Position numbers and translations under genes: made by a program
Part shown: positions 39,117-51,007 of the stretch, piece after piece
How positions within the stretch are numbered: the stretch's first letter is position 1
Layout of the letters: every line of letters starts with the position of its first letter
NCBI GenBank assembly: GCA_949372765.1
Contig: CASIAU010000001.1
Coordinates: 108,747-172,746, forward strand
Direction of reading: 5' to 3'
Origin: an uncultured Pseudomonadales bacterium
GTDB taxonomy: Bacteria > Pseudomonadota > Gammaproteobacteria > Pseudomonadales > Porticoccaceae
Length of the DNA: 64,000 bases
The notes under the pieces: model-generated
What the model saw: only the letters and a program-made list of their open reading frames with translations
Told to the model about the DNA's origin: nothing
Databases searched by the model: none

Positions 39117-41570
39117 ATGTTAACTCGAATTAACCACTATTTTCTATCTACCCTAGCTATTACTTTTGGCCTGTCTGGCTCCGTTTTCGCAATAGACATT
39201 ACGCCTGTCCCAAAAAAATCTGAAACCCCTAAGGCACTGACTAAACACACCTTAGACTGGGTGCAGGCTATTGACATGACTGCACAGCAACAGAAGCATT
39301 ATAGCCATACTTCCTGTGGTGCGTTCATAGAGCCGGGACGTAATCTGGAGGATACCGACCTAGATATGCAAGATGCGCCGCTCCGCGTAACGGCTGACTC
39401 AACCAAGGCCTCATCGGACAAGATCGCTGTACTAGAGGGTGAAGTGCAAATATCTCAGGGCAATCGTCAAATTAAAAGTGACTTCGCCATCATTGATCAG
39501 AATGCACAAAAAGTCTCACTAGAGGGTAATGTGGAATTTCGTGAGCCCGGACTGCTACTGACGGGAGAGGATGCGTATGTCGACTTCGCTAACAGCAATG
39601 TAACTCTTAACGATGCAGCCTATGTTATTCATCAATCCTCAATAAGAGGAACTGCTAAAAAGCTCAGTAAATCTGATCAAGGCGATATCATCATTGATGA
39701 GGCATCCTATACAACCTGCGCGCCTGGTGACTCTAGCTGGCAACTCGTTACTAAGCAGATCGAAATCGATCAAGAATCGGGTTGGGCAACGATTAAAAAT
39801 GCCCGCTTTGAAATAAAAGACATTCCGGTGTTTTACTTTCCCTATATTAAATTTCCGATAGATGACCGTCGTTCTTCTGGATTATTGATCCCCGATGTAA
39901 ATGTTAACCAAGAAAATGGCCTAGATATTACCCAACCTATTTATTGGAATATTGCTAACAATTATGATTCGACGATTTCACCTCGTTATATACAACATCG
40001 CGGTTTCGGCATAGAAGCAAACTTTCGTCACCTCAATAACTGGTCGAAAAGTACAGTGTCAGGGGCTTTTCTGAGCGATGATAAGGGCGGGGACGACGAT
40101 GACGAAATTAGCCCTGTTACTGGGCTATATCCCTATGAGGGTGAAGATCGATATATGTTTAACTTTCATCATGCGGGTGGTTTGGGCAGTCCTTGGTCGA
40201 CTTTCGTCGACTATAACAAAGTGAGTGATGCCGACTATTTGCGCGATCTAGGTAATATGACTATTGATGAGACCAGCAAAACACATATAAAGCAACGTGC
40301 CTATGCCAGCTATAAGACCGAAAATTGGAACTACCAAATCGCGAGCGAAGACTATCAAACGATAACCCGTGGACTGGCCGACCAATATTCCATTCTCCCG
40401 CGTGTTGCAATCGAAGGTTATTATCGTTTTTCTAATAACCTAGTGGTTAACTTAAATAATCAATACTCGGTCTTTAGGCACACTAACCCTAACAAAGTAG
40501 AAGGTAATCGCAGCCGAATTGACTATAGTCTAACCTGGGATCAGCGCTGGGATTGGGCCTACTTTAAACCTAAAGTACAGTTGAAACATCTAGCCTATAA
40601 GCTTAACCAACACCCCGGTAAACTCCCTCTCATCACAGATCAGAGCCCTGAGGTCACTGTTCCAGTGTACAGCGTTGATGCCGGCATCTTTTTTGAACGT
40701 AATTTGAGTTGGCTGAATGGAGCCACACAGACATTTGAGCCCAGACTAATGTATCTTCGCTCAGCCTATAAGGATCAATCGGCACTGCCTGATTTCGATA
40801 CTCGGGAGTTCACCCCCTCGTATGACCTATTATTCCGCGACACTCGGTTCGTTGGTGGTGATAGAATTTCCGATGACAAGCGCCTAACGGCTGGAGTGAC
40901 GACAAGATTCATTGACCCAAGCTCTGGCCAAGAGCGATTTAGGGCCAGCATAGCCCAATCGGTTTACTACGCAGACCGACAAGTCATGTTGACCACTGCG
41001 CCATCCGCTGAAGAATTCGCTGAAATAAGTCGTGATAGATCTGTTATTGCTCTAGAACTGGCTGCCAGAGTCACTAATAATTGGCGCTTTACCAGCGACC
41101 TTGTGTATGACGACCTGGACAACCATCTTGAAAAGACTGGGTTTAGTGCTCGCTATAATGATCGAAAAAAACGAATTTTTAACTTCAGTTACCGATATAC
41201 TAGAAGGGCCGCGAGGGAATATGAGGGCCAGCTGGTTGACCAAAATATAAAGCAAACCAATATTTCAGGCTTCGTACCTCTGACACCAAATTTGAATTTA
41301 GTGGGACGATGGAATCATGATTTTACTAATAACAGAGAACTAGAGATATTCGCTGGGTTCGAATACCACAACTGTTGTTGGCGAACCTCTCTTTTTGCAT
41401 TCCGATCTCTGCGTCGTGATGATGATTTTCTGCTTCCGGAAGAGGAACTAAAAGCCAGAAATGGCTTTGCGTTCAAAATTGAATTTAAAGGTCTAGGTGG
41501 CAGCAGTAACCGCGTAGACACAATGTTAAATAATGGTATTTATGGTTATGAACACAATGAAAATTTTTAA
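39117..41570 (+). CDS. lptD: LPS-assembly outer-membrane protein LptD
   Basis: 817 aa with a signal peptide, an OstA-like N-terminal domain and a large beta-barrel. Followed by surA-pdxA-rsmA-apaG-apaH. Confidence 0.95.
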   Translation: MLTRINHYFLSTLAITFGLSGSVFAIDITPVPKKSETPKALTKHTLDWVQAIDMTAQQQKHYSHTSCGAFIEPGRNLEDTDLDMQDAPLRVTADSTKASSDKIAVLEGEVQISQGNRQIKSDFAIIDQNAQKVSLEGNVEFREPGLLLTGEDAYVDFANSNVTLNDAAYVIHQSSIRGTAKKLSKSDQGDIIIDEASYTTCAPGDSSWQLVTKQIEIDQESGWATIKNARFEIKDIPVFYFPYIKFPIDDRRSSGLLIPDVNVNQENGLDITQPIYWNIANNYDSTISPRYIQHRGFGIEANFRHLNNWSKSTVSGAFLSDDKGGDDDDEISPVTGLYPYEGEDRYMFNFHHAGGLGSPWSTFVDYNKVSDADYLRDLGNMTIDETSKTHIKQRAYASYKTENWNYQIASEDYQTITRGLADQYSILPRVAIEGYYRFSNNLVVNLNNQYSVFRHTNPNKVEGNRSRIDYSLTWDQRWDWAYFKPKVQLKHLAYKLNQHPGKLPLITDQSPEVTVPVYSVDAGIFFERNLSWLNGATQTFEPRLMYLRSAYKDQSALPDFDTREFTPSYDLLFRDTRFVGGDRISDDKRLTAGVTTRFIDPSSGQERFRASIAQSVYYADRQVMLTTAPSAEEFAEISRDRSVIALELAARVTNNWRFTSDLVYDDLDNHLEKTGFSARYNDRKKRIFNFSYRYTRRAAREYEGQLVDQNIKQTNISGFVPLTPNLNLVGRWNHDFTNNRELEIFAGFEYHNCCWRTSLFAFRSLRRDDDFLLPEEELKARNGFAFKIEFKGLGGSSNRVDTMLNNGIYGYEHNENF

Positions 41571-42864
41571 GCAATTAATTGCCCTGCCAGCCGTCGCCCT
41601 AATCGTCCTGCTTGTCTCATTCCAAGCGACAGCTCAGGTTAAAGTGTTAGATAAAATAGTTGCTATCGTCGATGACGATGTCGTTCTTAAGAGCGAACTA
41701 GAACAACGTATGGATGCCATTGTGGCTCAGTTAACGCAATCTGGTACTCAGATGCCTCCTCAAGAGATTCTTGAGAAACAAGTCCTCGACAGGCTTATTT
41801 CAGAACGCTTGCAGCTCACTATGGGGTATGACTCCGGCGTCCGAATATCTGATGAAGAACTCAACCAAGCCATTGCTCGAATTGCGGCTAGCAATAAAAT
41901 TTCGGTGGCACAGTATATTGAGCAAATTAATTTACAAGGATCAAGTATCAGTTCGATGCGAGAAGAAATTCGTAATGAACTCACCATTATGCGAGTACAG
42001 CAAGGCAAAGTAATGCGTCGCATCAGGATCAGTGAGCAAGAATTAGACAATTTCTTAAAATCTGAAGAGGGTCGCTTTGTCACTTCACCCGATGTGAATA
42101 TTGGGCAAATTTTACTGTCGATATCCAGCGGTGCTACCAAAAATGCCATTGATGAGGTGGTTGGACGCGCTCAGTTACTCTTTAATCAGATTGAACAGGG
42201 TGCAGATTTTAGAGCCTTAGCCATCGCTAATTCTGCAGATCAATCATCTCTTCAAGGAGGCGACTTAGGCTGGAGAAACATGGCCCAGTTACCCGGTGTT
42301 TTTATCGAAGCCGTCGAACAACTAGAACTGGGTAAAGTATCTCAGCCTATTCGCAGTGCTGCGGGTTACCACTTAATTAAGTTATATGAACGTCGCGGAG
42401 GCGAAGAGCAACTGATTGAACAACACTTTGCTCGCCATATTTTGATCAAGCCTAATCAAATTCGCGATCAGCAAACGACCATTGATCAACTCGACGCATT
42501 GCGCCAAAGAAGTTTGGCTGGCGAAGACTTTGCAATCTTGGCTAAGGAGTTCTCTGAAGATCCTGGCTCTGCACTAAGCGGTGGAGAACTAGGCTGGTCG
42601 ACGCCAGGTATGTTTGTTCCCGAATTTGAGCAGACAATGAGCACCATTGCTATCAATGATATCAGTGCACCATTCTCATCGCAGTTTGGCTGGCATATTC
42701 TTCAGGTAACAGAGCGGCGCCAACAAGATTTCAGCAGCGAGATTCTGCGTAACAAGGCGCAAAATATGCTTCGCCAAAGAAAATATGAGGAAGAATTACA
42801 GGTCTGGCTGCAAGAAATTCGTGATGAGGCCTTTGTCGAGATTAAGCAGGCCCCGGCGTCATGA
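41557..42864 (+). CDS. surA: Periplasmic chaperone / peptidyl-prolyl isomerase SurA
   Basis: Signal peptide MKIFKQLIALPAVALIVLLVSFQATAQ and two parvulin domains (GGDLGW and GGELGW). Start ambiguous: in-frame ATGs at 41533, 41542, 41548 and 41557. Overlaps the lptD 3' end. Confidence 0.93.
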   Translation: MKIFKQLIALPAVALIVLLVSFQATAQVKVLDKIVAIVDDDVVLKSELEQRMDAIVAQLTQSGTQMPPQEILEKQVLDRLISERLQLTMGYDSGVRISDEELNQAIARIAASNKISVAQYIEQINLQGSSISSMREEIRNELTIMRVQQGKVMRRIRISEQELDNFLKSEEGRFVTSPDVNIGQILLSISSGATKNAIDEVVGRAQLLFNQIEQGADFRALAIANSADQSSLQGGDLGWRNMAQLPGVFIEAVEQLELGKVSQPIRSAAGYHLIKLYERRGGEEQLIEQHFARHILIKPNQIRDQQTTIDQLDALRQRSLAGEDFAILAKEFSEDPGSALSGGELGWSTPGMFVPEFEQTMSTIAINDISAPFSSQFGWHILQVTERRQQDFSSEILRNKAQNMLRQRKYEEELQVWLQEIRDEAFVEIKQAPAS

Positions 42865-43835
42865 CGATTAGTCTGGCACTGACACCTGGTGAACCCGCGG
42901 GCGTCGGACCTGACCTACTGATAGAGCTGGCTCAGCAAAAGCATCAACAACAGTTAATCGCTTTTGCTGACCCAGAGATGCTGCTGCAGCGAGCACATCA
43001 CTTAAAGTTGCCGTTAAAATTAGTTGCACCAGATCCCCTTTCCCCCGGGTCGGCAACTGGTGAGCTCGCTATCGTTCCTGTGAGCTTAGCGGAAACCGCT
43101 GTGCCAGGGCTATTAAATATTGCTAATGCTCCTTATGTACTGAAGTGCTTAGACGAAGCTATTAAGGCCTGCCAGAGTGACTATTGCCAGGGCATGGTCA
43201 CTGGGCCGATCCATAAGTCTATCATTAGTGAATCTGGCGTCAGCTTTAGTGGGCACACTGAATATCTAGCACGGAAAACCAATACCGACACCGTGGTTAT
43301 GATGCTCGCTACTGAAGAGTTACGTGTTGCGCTCGTCACCACACATTTACCGCTAAAAGACGTGTCACAAGCTATCAATCAGGAGTTGTTAACCTCGGTG
43401 ATCAATATTCTGCATCATGATTTAAAGATTAAATTTGGTATTGATAACCCACGGATTTTGGTTAGCGGTCTGAATCCTCACGCAGGAGAGTCGGGCCACT
43501 TGGGGTATGAGGAAATTGATGTTATTGAACCCGTTTTAGAACGACTGCGTAAGTCGGGCATGCACCTTACAGGCCCGCTCCCGGCAGACACTTTATTTAC
43601 TCCAAAATACCTAAAAACTGCTGATGCCATATTAGCTATGTATCATGATCAAGGACTGCCAGTGTTGAAGTATCACGGCTTCGGTAGATCGGCTAATATC
43701 ACCCTTGGACTTCCAATTATCAGAACGTCGGTTGACCACGGCACAGCGATCGATATCGCTGGAACTGGCCGTGCAGACTCTGGTAGTTTGCGAACTGCCA
43801 TAAATGTTGCAACCCAAATGGCTTCGCATTCATGA
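42861..43835 (+). CDS. pdxA: 4-hydroxythreonine-4-phosphate dehydrogenase
   Basis: GEPAGVGPDL, GLNPHAGE and SVDHGTA motifs; 324 aa. Confidence 0.96.
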   Translation: MTISLALTPGEPAGVGPDLLIELAQQKHQQQLIAFADPEMLLQRAHHLKLPLKLVAPDPLSPGSATGELAIVPVSLAETAVPGLLNIANAPYVLKCLDEAIKACQSDYCQGMVTGPIHKSIISESGVSFSGHTEYLARKTNTDTVVMMLATEELRVALVTTHLPLKDVSQAINQELLTSVINILHHDLKIKFGIDNPRILVSGLNPHAGESGHLGYEEIDVIEPVLERLRKSGMHLTGPLPADTLFTPKYLKTADAILAMYHDQGLPVLKYHGFGRSANITLGLPIIRTSVDHGTAIDIAGTGRADSGSLRTAINVATQMASHS

Positions 43836-44632
43836 CTATTGACCATAAAGCACGCAAAAGGTTTGGGCAAAATTTTCTTATCGACCAGCAAATTATTGGC
43901 CAAATCGTGTCGGCAATTGGCGCAAAACCCGAGGACAATTTAATTGAGATTGGACCTGGCACCGCGGCCATTACAGAACATCTTGTGAAGACTTGCCCCA
44001 ACATGCACCTGCTTGAGCTAGATCGCGATTTAGTCAGCTTTTTGAGTAACAAGTTTACAGCCTACCCCGGGGTTACCATTAACAATGGAGACGCCTTAAC
44101 TACAGATTTCTCCGCCTTTTACGATGGTCGGCCTTTGCGCTTGGTGGGCAATCTGCCATACAACATATCTACGCCTCTTCTTTTTCACCTGCTAACCATA
44201 GGACATCTGATTAAGGATATGCACTTCATGCTACAAAGGGAGGTTGTGGATCGTTTGGGAGCGTCTCCAAGCAGTAAGACCTATGGCCGTCTGTCAGTGA
44301 TGATTCAATATCACTGTCGCGTGATGCCATTAATACCCGTTCCGCCAGAATCCTTTCGGCCAGCACCCAAGGTTCAGTCGGCCGTGGTTAGACTAAAACC
44401 ATACACCGTGAAACCCTTTGTAGCGGATAACGAAATTTTAATGAGTAAATTAGTCAACATTTGCTTCCAACAGCGTAGAAAAACCCTACGCAACTGCCTG
44501 AAGTCTTTTGGGGATTATCTGCAAGAGCTAGAGAGCCTGATCGACTTGTCGAAACGACCTGAACAACTTTCTGTTGGAGACTTCGTAACAATAGCAAATG
44601 CAGTTCAACTGAGCATGGATGCTAGACAATGA
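43832..44632 (+). CDS. rsmA: 16S rRNA (adenine1518/1519-N6)-dimethyltransferase
   Basis: KRFGQNFL, EIGPG and GNLPYNIST motifs. Confidence 0.97.
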   Translation: MTIDHKARKRFGQNFLIDQQIIGQIVSAIGAKPEDNLIEIGPGTAAITEHLVKTCPNMHLLELDRDLVSFLSNKFTAYPGVTINNGDALTTDFSAFYDGRPLRLVGNLPYNISTPLLFHLLTIGHLIKDMHFMLQREVVDRLGASPSSKTYGRLSVMIQYHCRVMPLIPVPPESFRPAPKVQSAVVRLKPYTVKPFVADNEILMSKLVNICFQQRRKTLRNCLKSFGDYLQELESLIDLSKRPEQLSVGDFVTIANAVQLSMDARQ

Positions 44633-45009
44633 ATACCCTGGCGGCATCAATCGTAGTCACTGTAGTTGCTGAGTATCTGGATAGACAGTCTTCGCCGGAA
44701 AATAATCGTTTTGCCTTCGCTTACCATATTACAATCAATAACCAGGGGTCATCGGCAGCCACGCTGCTTACCCGCCACTGGATTATTACCGATGCCAATC
44801 AAGAGCGTAAAGAGGTTCAAGGGTCAGGCGTCATTGGCCAGACCCCTACTATTTCGCCCGGTCGCTCCTATGAATATACAAGCGCCGTTGTACTAGATAC
44901 ACCGATTGGAACTATGGAGGGCTCCTATCAAATGTTAGATGAACAGGGAACAGCCTTCGATGCCCGCATCGCACCCTTCTTGCTGTCCACACCTAACACG
45001 GTGCATTAG
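44629..45009 (+). CDS. apaG: ApaG (DUF525) protein
   Basis: 126 aa with FAYHITINN, W.ITD, V.G.GV.G.P and Y.S patterns. Confidence 0.93.
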   Translation: MNTLAASIVVTVVAEYLDRQSSPENNRFAFAYHITINNQGSSAATLLTRHWIITDANQERKEVQGSGVIGQTPTISPGRSYEYTSAVVLDTPIGTMEGSYQMLDEQGTAFDARIAPFLLSTPNTVH

Positions 45010-45804
45010 GTGACGGACTTTGTTGTTGGGGACATTCAAGGCTGTTTCGATCCACTCATTAGCCTATTAGAAAAAATCGACTTCAACCCTTCTAAGGACC
45101 GCCTTATCGCCGCTGGAGATCTTGTTAACCGCGGTCCTAAATCCCTAGAGACCATGCGTTACTGTAAGAATCTTGGCAGTGCTTTTAAAATGGTTCTGGG
45201 AAACCATGATCTCCACCTTCTGGCGATTGCTCACGGGGTCAAAAAGCCCACCCCAAAAGATACCATCGGGGAAGTTCTAGCAGCGCCAGACGCGTCGGTG
45301 CTGATTGACTGGCTACAACAGCAGCCTCTTATGCTCAGCGTCAATGACTTTACGATTGTGCACGCCGGGATACCCCCTCAGTGGACACTGGGAGAGGCCT
45401 TTTCACTGGCAGAAGAAGTGCATACAGCTCTAACATCAACAAGAGCAACATCCTACTTTGAGCATATGTACGGTAATCATCCAACGACTTGGCGCGATAG
45501 CTTAGAAGGACCGGAAAGGCTTAGGGTCATTACTAACTACCTAACACGCATGCGGTTCTGCGCTGAAGATGGCCAGCTAGACTTAGAGACCAAACATGCC
45601 TTCGAGGCGCCATACCCTTTTTGCCCTTGGTTTTCCCACCCTCTTCGTAAAACACGACGGGATAAGGTAGTCTTTGGCCACTGGGCATCATTAGAGGGAA
45701 GAGATTGCGGTGAAAATTTGTTCGCTTTAGATACTGGCTGCGTCTGGGGGGGGGCTTTAAGGATCATGAACTTAGAAAGCCAGCACTATTCCCACCAACC
45801 ATAA
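45010..45804 (+). CDS. apaH: Bis(5'-nucleosyl)-tetraphosphatase, symmetrical
   Basis: Metallophosphatase motifs VGDIQGC, GDLVNRG and GNHD; GTG start. Confidence 0.94.
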   Translation: MTDFVVGDIQGCFDPLISLLEKIDFNPSKDRLIAAGDLVNRGPKSLETMRYCKNLGSAFKMVLGNHDLHLLAIAHGVKKPTPKDTIGEVLAAPDASVLIDWLQQQPLMLSVNDFTIVHAGIPPQWTLGEAFSLAEEVHTALTSTRATSYFEHMYGNHPTTWRDSLEGPERLRVITNYLTRMRFCAEDGQLDLETKHAFEAPYPFCPWFSHPLRKTRRDKVVFGHWASLEGRDCGENLFALDTGCVWGGALRIMNLESQHYSHQP

Positions 45805-45842
45805 GCTAGCATGGTAGCCACTAAGATTAAAACGAGGGATAC

Positions 45843-45871
45843 AAAAAAACCGAGCTACTTGCTCGGCTTTT
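45843..45871. terminator. Bidirectional rho-independent terminator between apaH and rplQ
   Basis: AAAAAAA-CCGAGC-tactt-GCTCGG-cTTTT. A 6-bp stem is flanked by an A-run and a T-run, between convergent genes. Confidence 0.6.
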
Positions 45872-45894
45872 AAAGTGCTAGGATTATTGAATCC

Positions 45895-46299
45895 CTATTC
45901 TGCTGTCTCCAACAGGCCCTCTTCAACTTCAACGTCCGAAATCTCGCGTCCTACTAGTTCAACGTATGCCATTGGCGCTTTATCACCCGTGCGGTAGCCG
46001 CATTTAAGGATGCGTAAATACCCACCAGGTCGCTCTTGATAACGAGGGCCTAAGTCAGAAAACAACTTTCCAACCGCTGCCTTATTACGCAGTCGATCAA
46101 ACGCAAGACGACGATTAGCCACGCTATCCTCTTTAGCCAGTGTAATGAACGGCTCAGCAAAACCACGTAGCTCCTTCGCCTTCGGCAAAGTTGTCTTAAT
46201 TAACTCATGCTCAACCAATGAAGCCGTCATATTTCGGAACATTGCTCTCTTGTGAGTACCAGTTTTATTCAGCTTGCGGCCACTATAGCGATGACGCAT
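45895..46299 (-). CDS. rplQ: 50S ribosomal protein L17
   Basis: [24 protein letters not shown]...; last gene of the alpha operon. Confidence 0.98.
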   Translation of the reverse strand: MRHRYSGRKLNKTGTHKRAMFRNMTASLVEHELIKTTLPKAKELRGFAEPFITLAKEDSVANRRLAFDRLRNKAAVGKLFSDLGPRYQERPGGYLRILKCGYRTGDKAPMAYVELVGREISDVEVEEGLLETAE

Positions 46300-46352
46300 G
46301 ATTCAATTCCTTAATTCGTTGCTTTGTCAGCAAATGTGTCTATTAACCTAGA

Positions 46353-47348
46353 TTACCCGAGTTCGCGATCACTTTTAATGCTAGCTGGGGGCCAATTCTC
46401 AAGGCGCATGCCAAGGGAAAGACCTCGTGAAGCCAGAACATCTTTAATCTCAGTAAGGGACTTCTTACCCAAGTTTGGCGTCTTCAACAACTCAACCTCC
46501 GTCCGCTGAATCAAGTCACCAATATAGTAAATACTCTCTGCCTTTAAACAGTTAGCGGAGCGCACTGTCAATTCAAGATCGTCCACAGGACGTAAAAGAA
46601 TCGGATCTATTTCTTCTTCTTTCTCTTCAGGCTCCTCGGCAGTCTCCCCTTGCAAGTCAACAAATACAGCCATTTGCTGTTGAAGTATTGTTGCTGCTCG
46701 ACGAATTGACTCTTCCGGATCAATTGTTCCGTTAGTCTCGAGTTCAAGAACTAACTTATCAAGGTCGGTGCGGTTTTCAACACGTGCGTTATCAACACTA
46801 TACGAAACCTTGAAAATCGGGCTAAAAGATGCGTCTAACTGAAGACGACCAATTGTGCGGTTTTCATCATCAGAAACTCGCGCATCTGACGGCTGGTAAC
46901 CGCGGCCACGAACAATACGCAACTCCATATTCAAGGACTTCTTACCAGAAATCGTTGCAATTACGTGCTCTGGATTAACAACCTCCACATGGCTATCACA
47001 CTGAATGTCGGCAGCCGTTACCACGCCCGGCCCTTGAGCCTTGAGTGTCACTGTAGTTTCGTCTCTGCCTTCCATCACTACTGCTACACCCTTAAGGTTT
47101 AGCAGTATCTCCATGACGTCTTCTTGAATACCCTCGATGGTGCTGTATTCGTGCTCGACACCGTCAATTTCAACCTCAACGATGGCACAACCAGACATAG
47201 AGGATAGCAGGATGCGTCTCAGTGCATTACCCAGCGTATGACCGAAACCCCTTTCAAGGGGCTCCAGTACGACTTTAGCATGGGTCGAATTGTAAGATGT
47301 TACATCGATATTTCGCGGTGTAAGCATTTCAGTAGCAGAATTTTGCAT
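46353..47348 (-). CDS. rpoA: DNA-directed RNA polymerase subunit alpha
   Basis: 331 aa; N-terminal dimerisation domain and C-terminal alpha-CTD ([17 protein letters not shown]). Confidence 0.99.
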   Translation of the reverse strand: MQNSATEMLTPRNIDVTSYNSTHAKVVLEPLERGFGHTLGNALRRILLSSMSGCAIVEVEIDGVEHEYSTIEGIQEDVMEILLNLKGVAVVMEGRDETTVTLKAQGPGVVTAADIQCDSHVEVVNPEHVIATISGKKSLNMELRIVRGRGYQPSDARVSDDENRTIGRLQLDASFSPIFKVSYSVDNARVENRTDLDKLVLELETNGTIDPEESIRRAATILQQQMAVFVDLQGETAEEPEEKEEEIDPILLRPVDDLELTVRSANCLKAESIYYIGDLIQRTEVELLKTPNLGKKSLTEIKDVLASRGLSLGMRLENWPPASIKSDRELG

Positions 47349-47375
47349 AATATTACCTGTAAGAGCTAACAGCGA

Positions 47376-47996
47376 TTATTTAGAGTAAAGCTCAACGATT
47401 AAATTCTCGTTAATCTCTGAGGGTAAGTCTGATCTATCAGGGTTCCGAGTAAACGTACCTTCCATTTTATTGGTATCAACGCTAACCCATTCAACCTCTC
47501 CTCTCTGAGAAGCCAGCTGCAATGCAGACTGAACTCTGAGTTGAGCCTTTGATTTCTCGCGAAGACCGACCATGTCGCCTTCTTGAACGCGGAACGAAGG
47601 AATATTGACCTTCTGGCCATTCACCAAAATAGCGTTATGAGCCACTAGCTGGCGAGATTCAGCACGAGTGGAACCAAATCCCATGCGATAAACCACGTTA
47701 TCTAGACGAGACTCAAGAAGAGTCAACAGGTTTTCACCTGTATTGCCCTTTATACGAGCAGCAGCCTTGTAGTAATTGCTGAACTGCTTCTCCAGCACGC
47801 CATAAATGCGACGAACTTTTTGCTTCTCACGCAGCTGGACACCGTAGTCAGATAGGCGTCCACGACGCGCACCATGCTGACCTGGCGCACTCTCTGCACG
47901 ACATTTCGATTCTAGGGGACGAACGCCACTCTTAAGAAACAAGTCAGTTCCTTCGCGACGTGATAGTTTACAAGTTGGTCCAAGATATCTAGCCAT
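47376..47996 (-). CDS. rpsD: 30S ribosomal protein S4
   Basis: [24 protein letters not shown]... Confidence 0.99.
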   Translation of the reverse strand: MARYLGPTCKLSRREGTDLFLKSGVRPLESKCRAESAPGQHGARRGRLSDYGVQLREKQKVRRIYGVLEKQFSNYYKAAARIKGNTGENLLTLLESRLDNVVYRMGFGSTRAESRQLVAHNAILVNGQKVNIPSFRVQEGDMVGLREKSKAQLRVQSALQLASQRGEVEWVSVDTNKMEGTFTRNPDRSDLPSEINENLIVELYSK

Positions 47997-48008
47997 GATT
48001 GTTCTCTC

Positions 48009-48401
48009 TTACACGCGACGCTTTTTAGGAGGACGACAGCCATTATGAGGCACTGGCGTTACATCCGTGATATTAGTAATTTTGTAGCCGGCATTGTTAA
48101 GTGCACGAACTGCGGACTCACGCCCAGGGCCAGGACCCTTGACCTGAACATCAAGGTTTTTAAGACCATAGTCTTTAGCCGCTTCTCCCGCACGTTCAGC
48201 AGCAACCTGAGCAGCAAATGGCGTACTTTTACGCGACCCCCTGAACCCAGACCCACCAGACGTAGCCCAAGAAAGCGTATTCCCTTGACGATCTGTGATT
48301 GTCACAATGGTATTATTAAACGATGCGTAGATATGTGCTACACCGTCTATTACCGTCTTTTTGACTTTTTTACGAGTCGTTTTAGCTGCTGTTTTTGCCA
48401 T
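48009..48401 (-). CDS. rpsK: 30S ribosomal protein S11
   Basis: [22 protein letters not shown]... Confidence 0.99.
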   Translation of the reverse strand: MAKTAAKTTRKKVKKTVIDGVAHIYASFNNTIVTITDRQGNTLSWATSGGSGFRGSRKSTPFAAQVAAERAGEAAKDYGLKNLDVQVKGPGPGRESAVRALNNAGYKITNITDVTPVPHNGCRPPKKRRV

Positions 48402-48417
48402 TACAAACCGATCCTAA

Positions 48418-48774
48418 TTATCGTTTAATCGGACGCTTGGGACCTTTACGGGTGCGCGCGTTCGTCTTGGTACGCTGTCCGCGTACCGGCAAATTACGTC
48501 GATGACGTAGGCCTCTATAGCAACCTAAATCCATCAACCGCTTAATGTTCATACTTGTCTCGCGACGTAGATCCCCTTCAACTTCGTTCTGCCCAACGGC
48601 AGCACGCAACTGATCAAGTTGACCTTCGTCCAATGCAGAAATTTTAGTGTCTCCTGCAATGCCCACTTCCGCACAGATTTTCTCCGCGGTTGGACGTCCG
48701 ATACCAAACACATAAGTCAGTGAAACCACTGTGTGTTTATTATCTGGAATGTTGACACCGGCAATACGGGCCAT
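48418..48774 (-). CDS. rpsM: 30S ribosomal protein S13
   Basis: [14 protein letters not shown]... Confidence 0.99.
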   Translation of the reverse strand: MARIAGVNIPDNKHTVVSLTYVFGIGRPTAEKICAEVGIAGDTKISALDEGQLDQLRAAVGQNEVEGDLRRETSMNIKRLMDLGCYRGLRHRRNLPVRGQRTKTNARTRKGPKRPIKR

Positions 48775-48882
48775 TCACATTACTCCACTTATACTATGGG
48801 TTTAATCGGTACTCCAACACCCCGCAGCAACACTGCGAAAAGGCGCGGTAGAATACCGATAGATCTAACAAAAATCAACCAA

Positions 48883-48999
48883 TTATCCTTGGCGCTGCTT
48901 ATGACGAGGTTCCACACTACAAATAATACGAACCACGCCCTTGCGACGGACAACTTTACAATTTCGACAAATCTTTTTAACCGATGCACGTACTTTCAC
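48883..48999 (-). CDS. rpmJ: 50S ribosomal protein L36 (zinc-ribbon form)
   Basis: Too short for the ORF track. My minus-strand translation from GTG 48999 gives [38 protein letters not shown], stop at 48885-48883. Lies between secY and rpsM as expected. Confidence 0.95.
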   Translation of the reverse strand: MKVRASVKKICRNCKVVRRKGVVRIICSVEPRHKQRQG

Positions 49000-49011
49000 A
49001 GCATCACCTCT

Positions 49012-50331
49012 CTATCGACGGCCAACGTTTTTAAGGTTGGCCTTTTTCATCAGCGAATCATATTGCTGTGACATCAGATGTGACTGCACTTGAGCCATAA
49101 AATCCATTGTTACAACAACCGCAATTAACAGTGACGTCCCGCCCAGATAGAAAGGTACATTAAAGTACACATTCAGAAACTGTGGCATCAGACAGATCAA
49201 AGTGATGTAAATACCACCTATCAATGTCAACCTGGTGGTGACACTATCAATATATTTAGCCGTATGCTCTCCGGGACGGATCCCAGGCAAATAAGCACCG
49301 CCTTTCTTAAGGTTATCAGCCACTTCTCTTGGGTTGTACATCAACGCCGTGTAGAAGAAGCTAAAGAAAATAATCAAACTAGAGAACAGTATTATGTATA
49401 ACGGCTGCCCTGGACCAATCAAAAGAGCCACATCTTGTAACCAAGTTGGCGCATTGACACCCTGACCAAACCAAGTACTTATCGACGTTGGAAACAACAA
49501 CAAGCTACTCGCAAAAATTGCTGGAATGACACCCGCCATGTTCACCTTTAACGGTAGATGAGACGTTTGCGCGTTATATGCCTGTCGACCCTGCCGCTGA
49601 GCATAATTAACCGTTAGCCTGCGCTGACCTCGCTCTATAAATACGACAAAATAAACAACGGCTACTGCAATGATAAGTACCACAATCAACATCAACGGGT
49701 TTAAATCGCCCTGTCTTGCTGACTCTAATGCCTGCCCTACTGCTCCAGGCATGCCTGCGACAATACCAGCAAAGATCAGCATTGATATACCATTGCCTAT
49801 TCCGCGTTCGGTAATCTGCTCACCAAGCCACATCAGAAATACTGCCCCTGCCACCAGAGACGATATCGCCACGGCGTAAAACATCGGCGTTACTTCATAG
49901 GCCAAACCTTGCGACCCAAAGCCTACTGCCATCGCCGTACCTTGTATGGTGGCTAAAGCCACTGTTCCGTACCGAGTGTAACGGTTTATTGTACGTCGCC
50001 CGCTATCACCTTCTTTCTTCAACTGCTCAAGGCTTGGGACGGTGGCCGACAACAACTGCATGATAATCGATGCTGAAATGTAAGGCATAACGCCCAGTGC
50101 CAAAATCGATAAGCGCTCTAAAGCACCACCTGAGAACATATTAAACAGACCAAGGAACGTACCTTGATTCTGATTAAACAACTCTGCCAACCTATCTGGA
50201 TCGAAACCCGGTACCGGAATATGCGTTCCAATCCGATAAATCACAATGGCGAGAAACAAAAAGCGCAGACGAGCCCAAAGCTCTCCAAGTCCTTTTTGAT
50301 TGCCTACAGGCATGCCACCAGGTTTGGCCAT
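49012..50331 (-). CDS. secY: Preprotein translocase subunit SecY
   Basis: 439 aa, ten transmembrane segments, conserved position at the end of the spc operon. Confidence 0.99.
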   Translation of the reverse strand: MAKPGGMPVGNQKGLGELWARLRFLFLAIVIYRIGTHIPVPGFDPDRLAELFNQNQGTFLGLFNMFSGGALERLSILALGVMPYISASIIMQLLSATVPSLEQLKKEGDSGRRTINRYTRYGTVALATIQGTAMAVGFGSQGLAYEVTPMFYAVAISSLVAGAVFLMWLGEQITERGIGNGISMLIFAGIVAGMPGAVGQALESARQGDLNPLMLIVVLIIAVAVVYFVVFIERGQRRLTVNYAQRQGRQAYNAQTSHLPLKVNMAGVIPAIFASSLLLFPTSISTWFGQGVNAPTWLQDVALLIGPGQPLYIILFSSLIIFFSFFYTALMYNPREVADNLKKGGAYLPGIRPGEHTAKYIDSVTTRLTLIGGIYITLICLMPQFLNVYFNVPFYLGGTSLLIAVVVTMDFMAQVQSHLMSQQYDSLMKKANLKNVGRR

Positions 50332-50336
50332 TATCT

Positions 50337-50771
50337 TTACTCTTCTATCTTGCCGCCGGCAGCTTCAATCGCTGCGGCCGCACCTTTAGTTGCACCAACT
50401 CCTTTAAGAGTTATCGCCTTAGAAATCTCGCCTGAAGCAAAAACTTTAGCGCGAAGGATATTACTATTGAGCAAACCAGCGCTGCGAAGCGCTTCCAGAT
50501 CAACAATATCACCCTCAACTAAATTCAGCTCCGATAAGCGAATCTCAGCAGTAACAGCCGCGAGACGCGAGGTGAAACCATACTTGGGTAATCGCTTCTG
50601 CAAAGGCATTTGACCACCTTCAAATCCTGGGCGCACACTACCGCCAGACCGAGAAGCCTGTCCCTTGTGACCACGACCGCAAGTCTTACCAAGCCCGCTA
50701 CCGATTCCTCGACCCGCACGCTTACCTTCTTTAATCCGACCCGGAGCCGGGCTTAGGGTATTCAGTCGCAT
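50337..50771 (-). CDS. rplO: 50S ribosomal protein L15
   Basis: [11 protein letters not shown]... Start set at the second Met (50771), just after the rpmD stop at 50773. Confidence 0.98.
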   Translation of the reverse strand: MRLNTLSPAPGRIKEGKRAGRGIGSGLGKTCGRGHKGQASRSGGSVRPGFEGGQMPLQKRLPKYGFTSRLAAVTAEIRLSELNLVEGDIVDLEALRSAGLLNSNILRAKVFASGEISKAITLKGVGATKGAAAAIEAAGGKIEE

Positions 50772-50772
50772 C

Positions 50773-50967
50773 TTAAGCTTCCTCAACCTGTAACATATAG
50801 TTAACTTTATTAATCATTCCACGAACCGAGGGGGTATCTTCAACCTCAACTGTGTGGCCAATTCGACGTAGCCCAAGCCCAGTAAGGCAGGCTTTATGAT
50901 TCTTTAGCCGGCCAATCGAGCTTTTCAACTGCGTTACTTTTACTTTTTTTAATTTAGCTTTTGCCAT
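50773..50967 (-). CDS. rpmD: 50S ribosomal protein L30
   Basis: [31 protein letters not shown]... Confidence 0.98.
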   Translation of the reverse strand: MAKAKLKKVKVTQLKSSIGRLKNHKACLTGLGLRRIGHTVEVEDTPSVRGMINKVNYMLQVEEA

Positions 50968-51007
50968 GATCTACTTCCAATAACCTGCATGCTTTATTTG
51001 CTATCAA

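Noticed and set aside
48045-48428. Long antisense ORFs across the ribosomal protein operons and secY (for example 48045-48428, 50164-50613, 51242-51619, 52203-52577, 54915-55283).
   Set aside because: They lie entirely opposite highly conserved genes and have low-complexity, Arg/Ser/Leu-rich translations. They are typical shadow ORFs.
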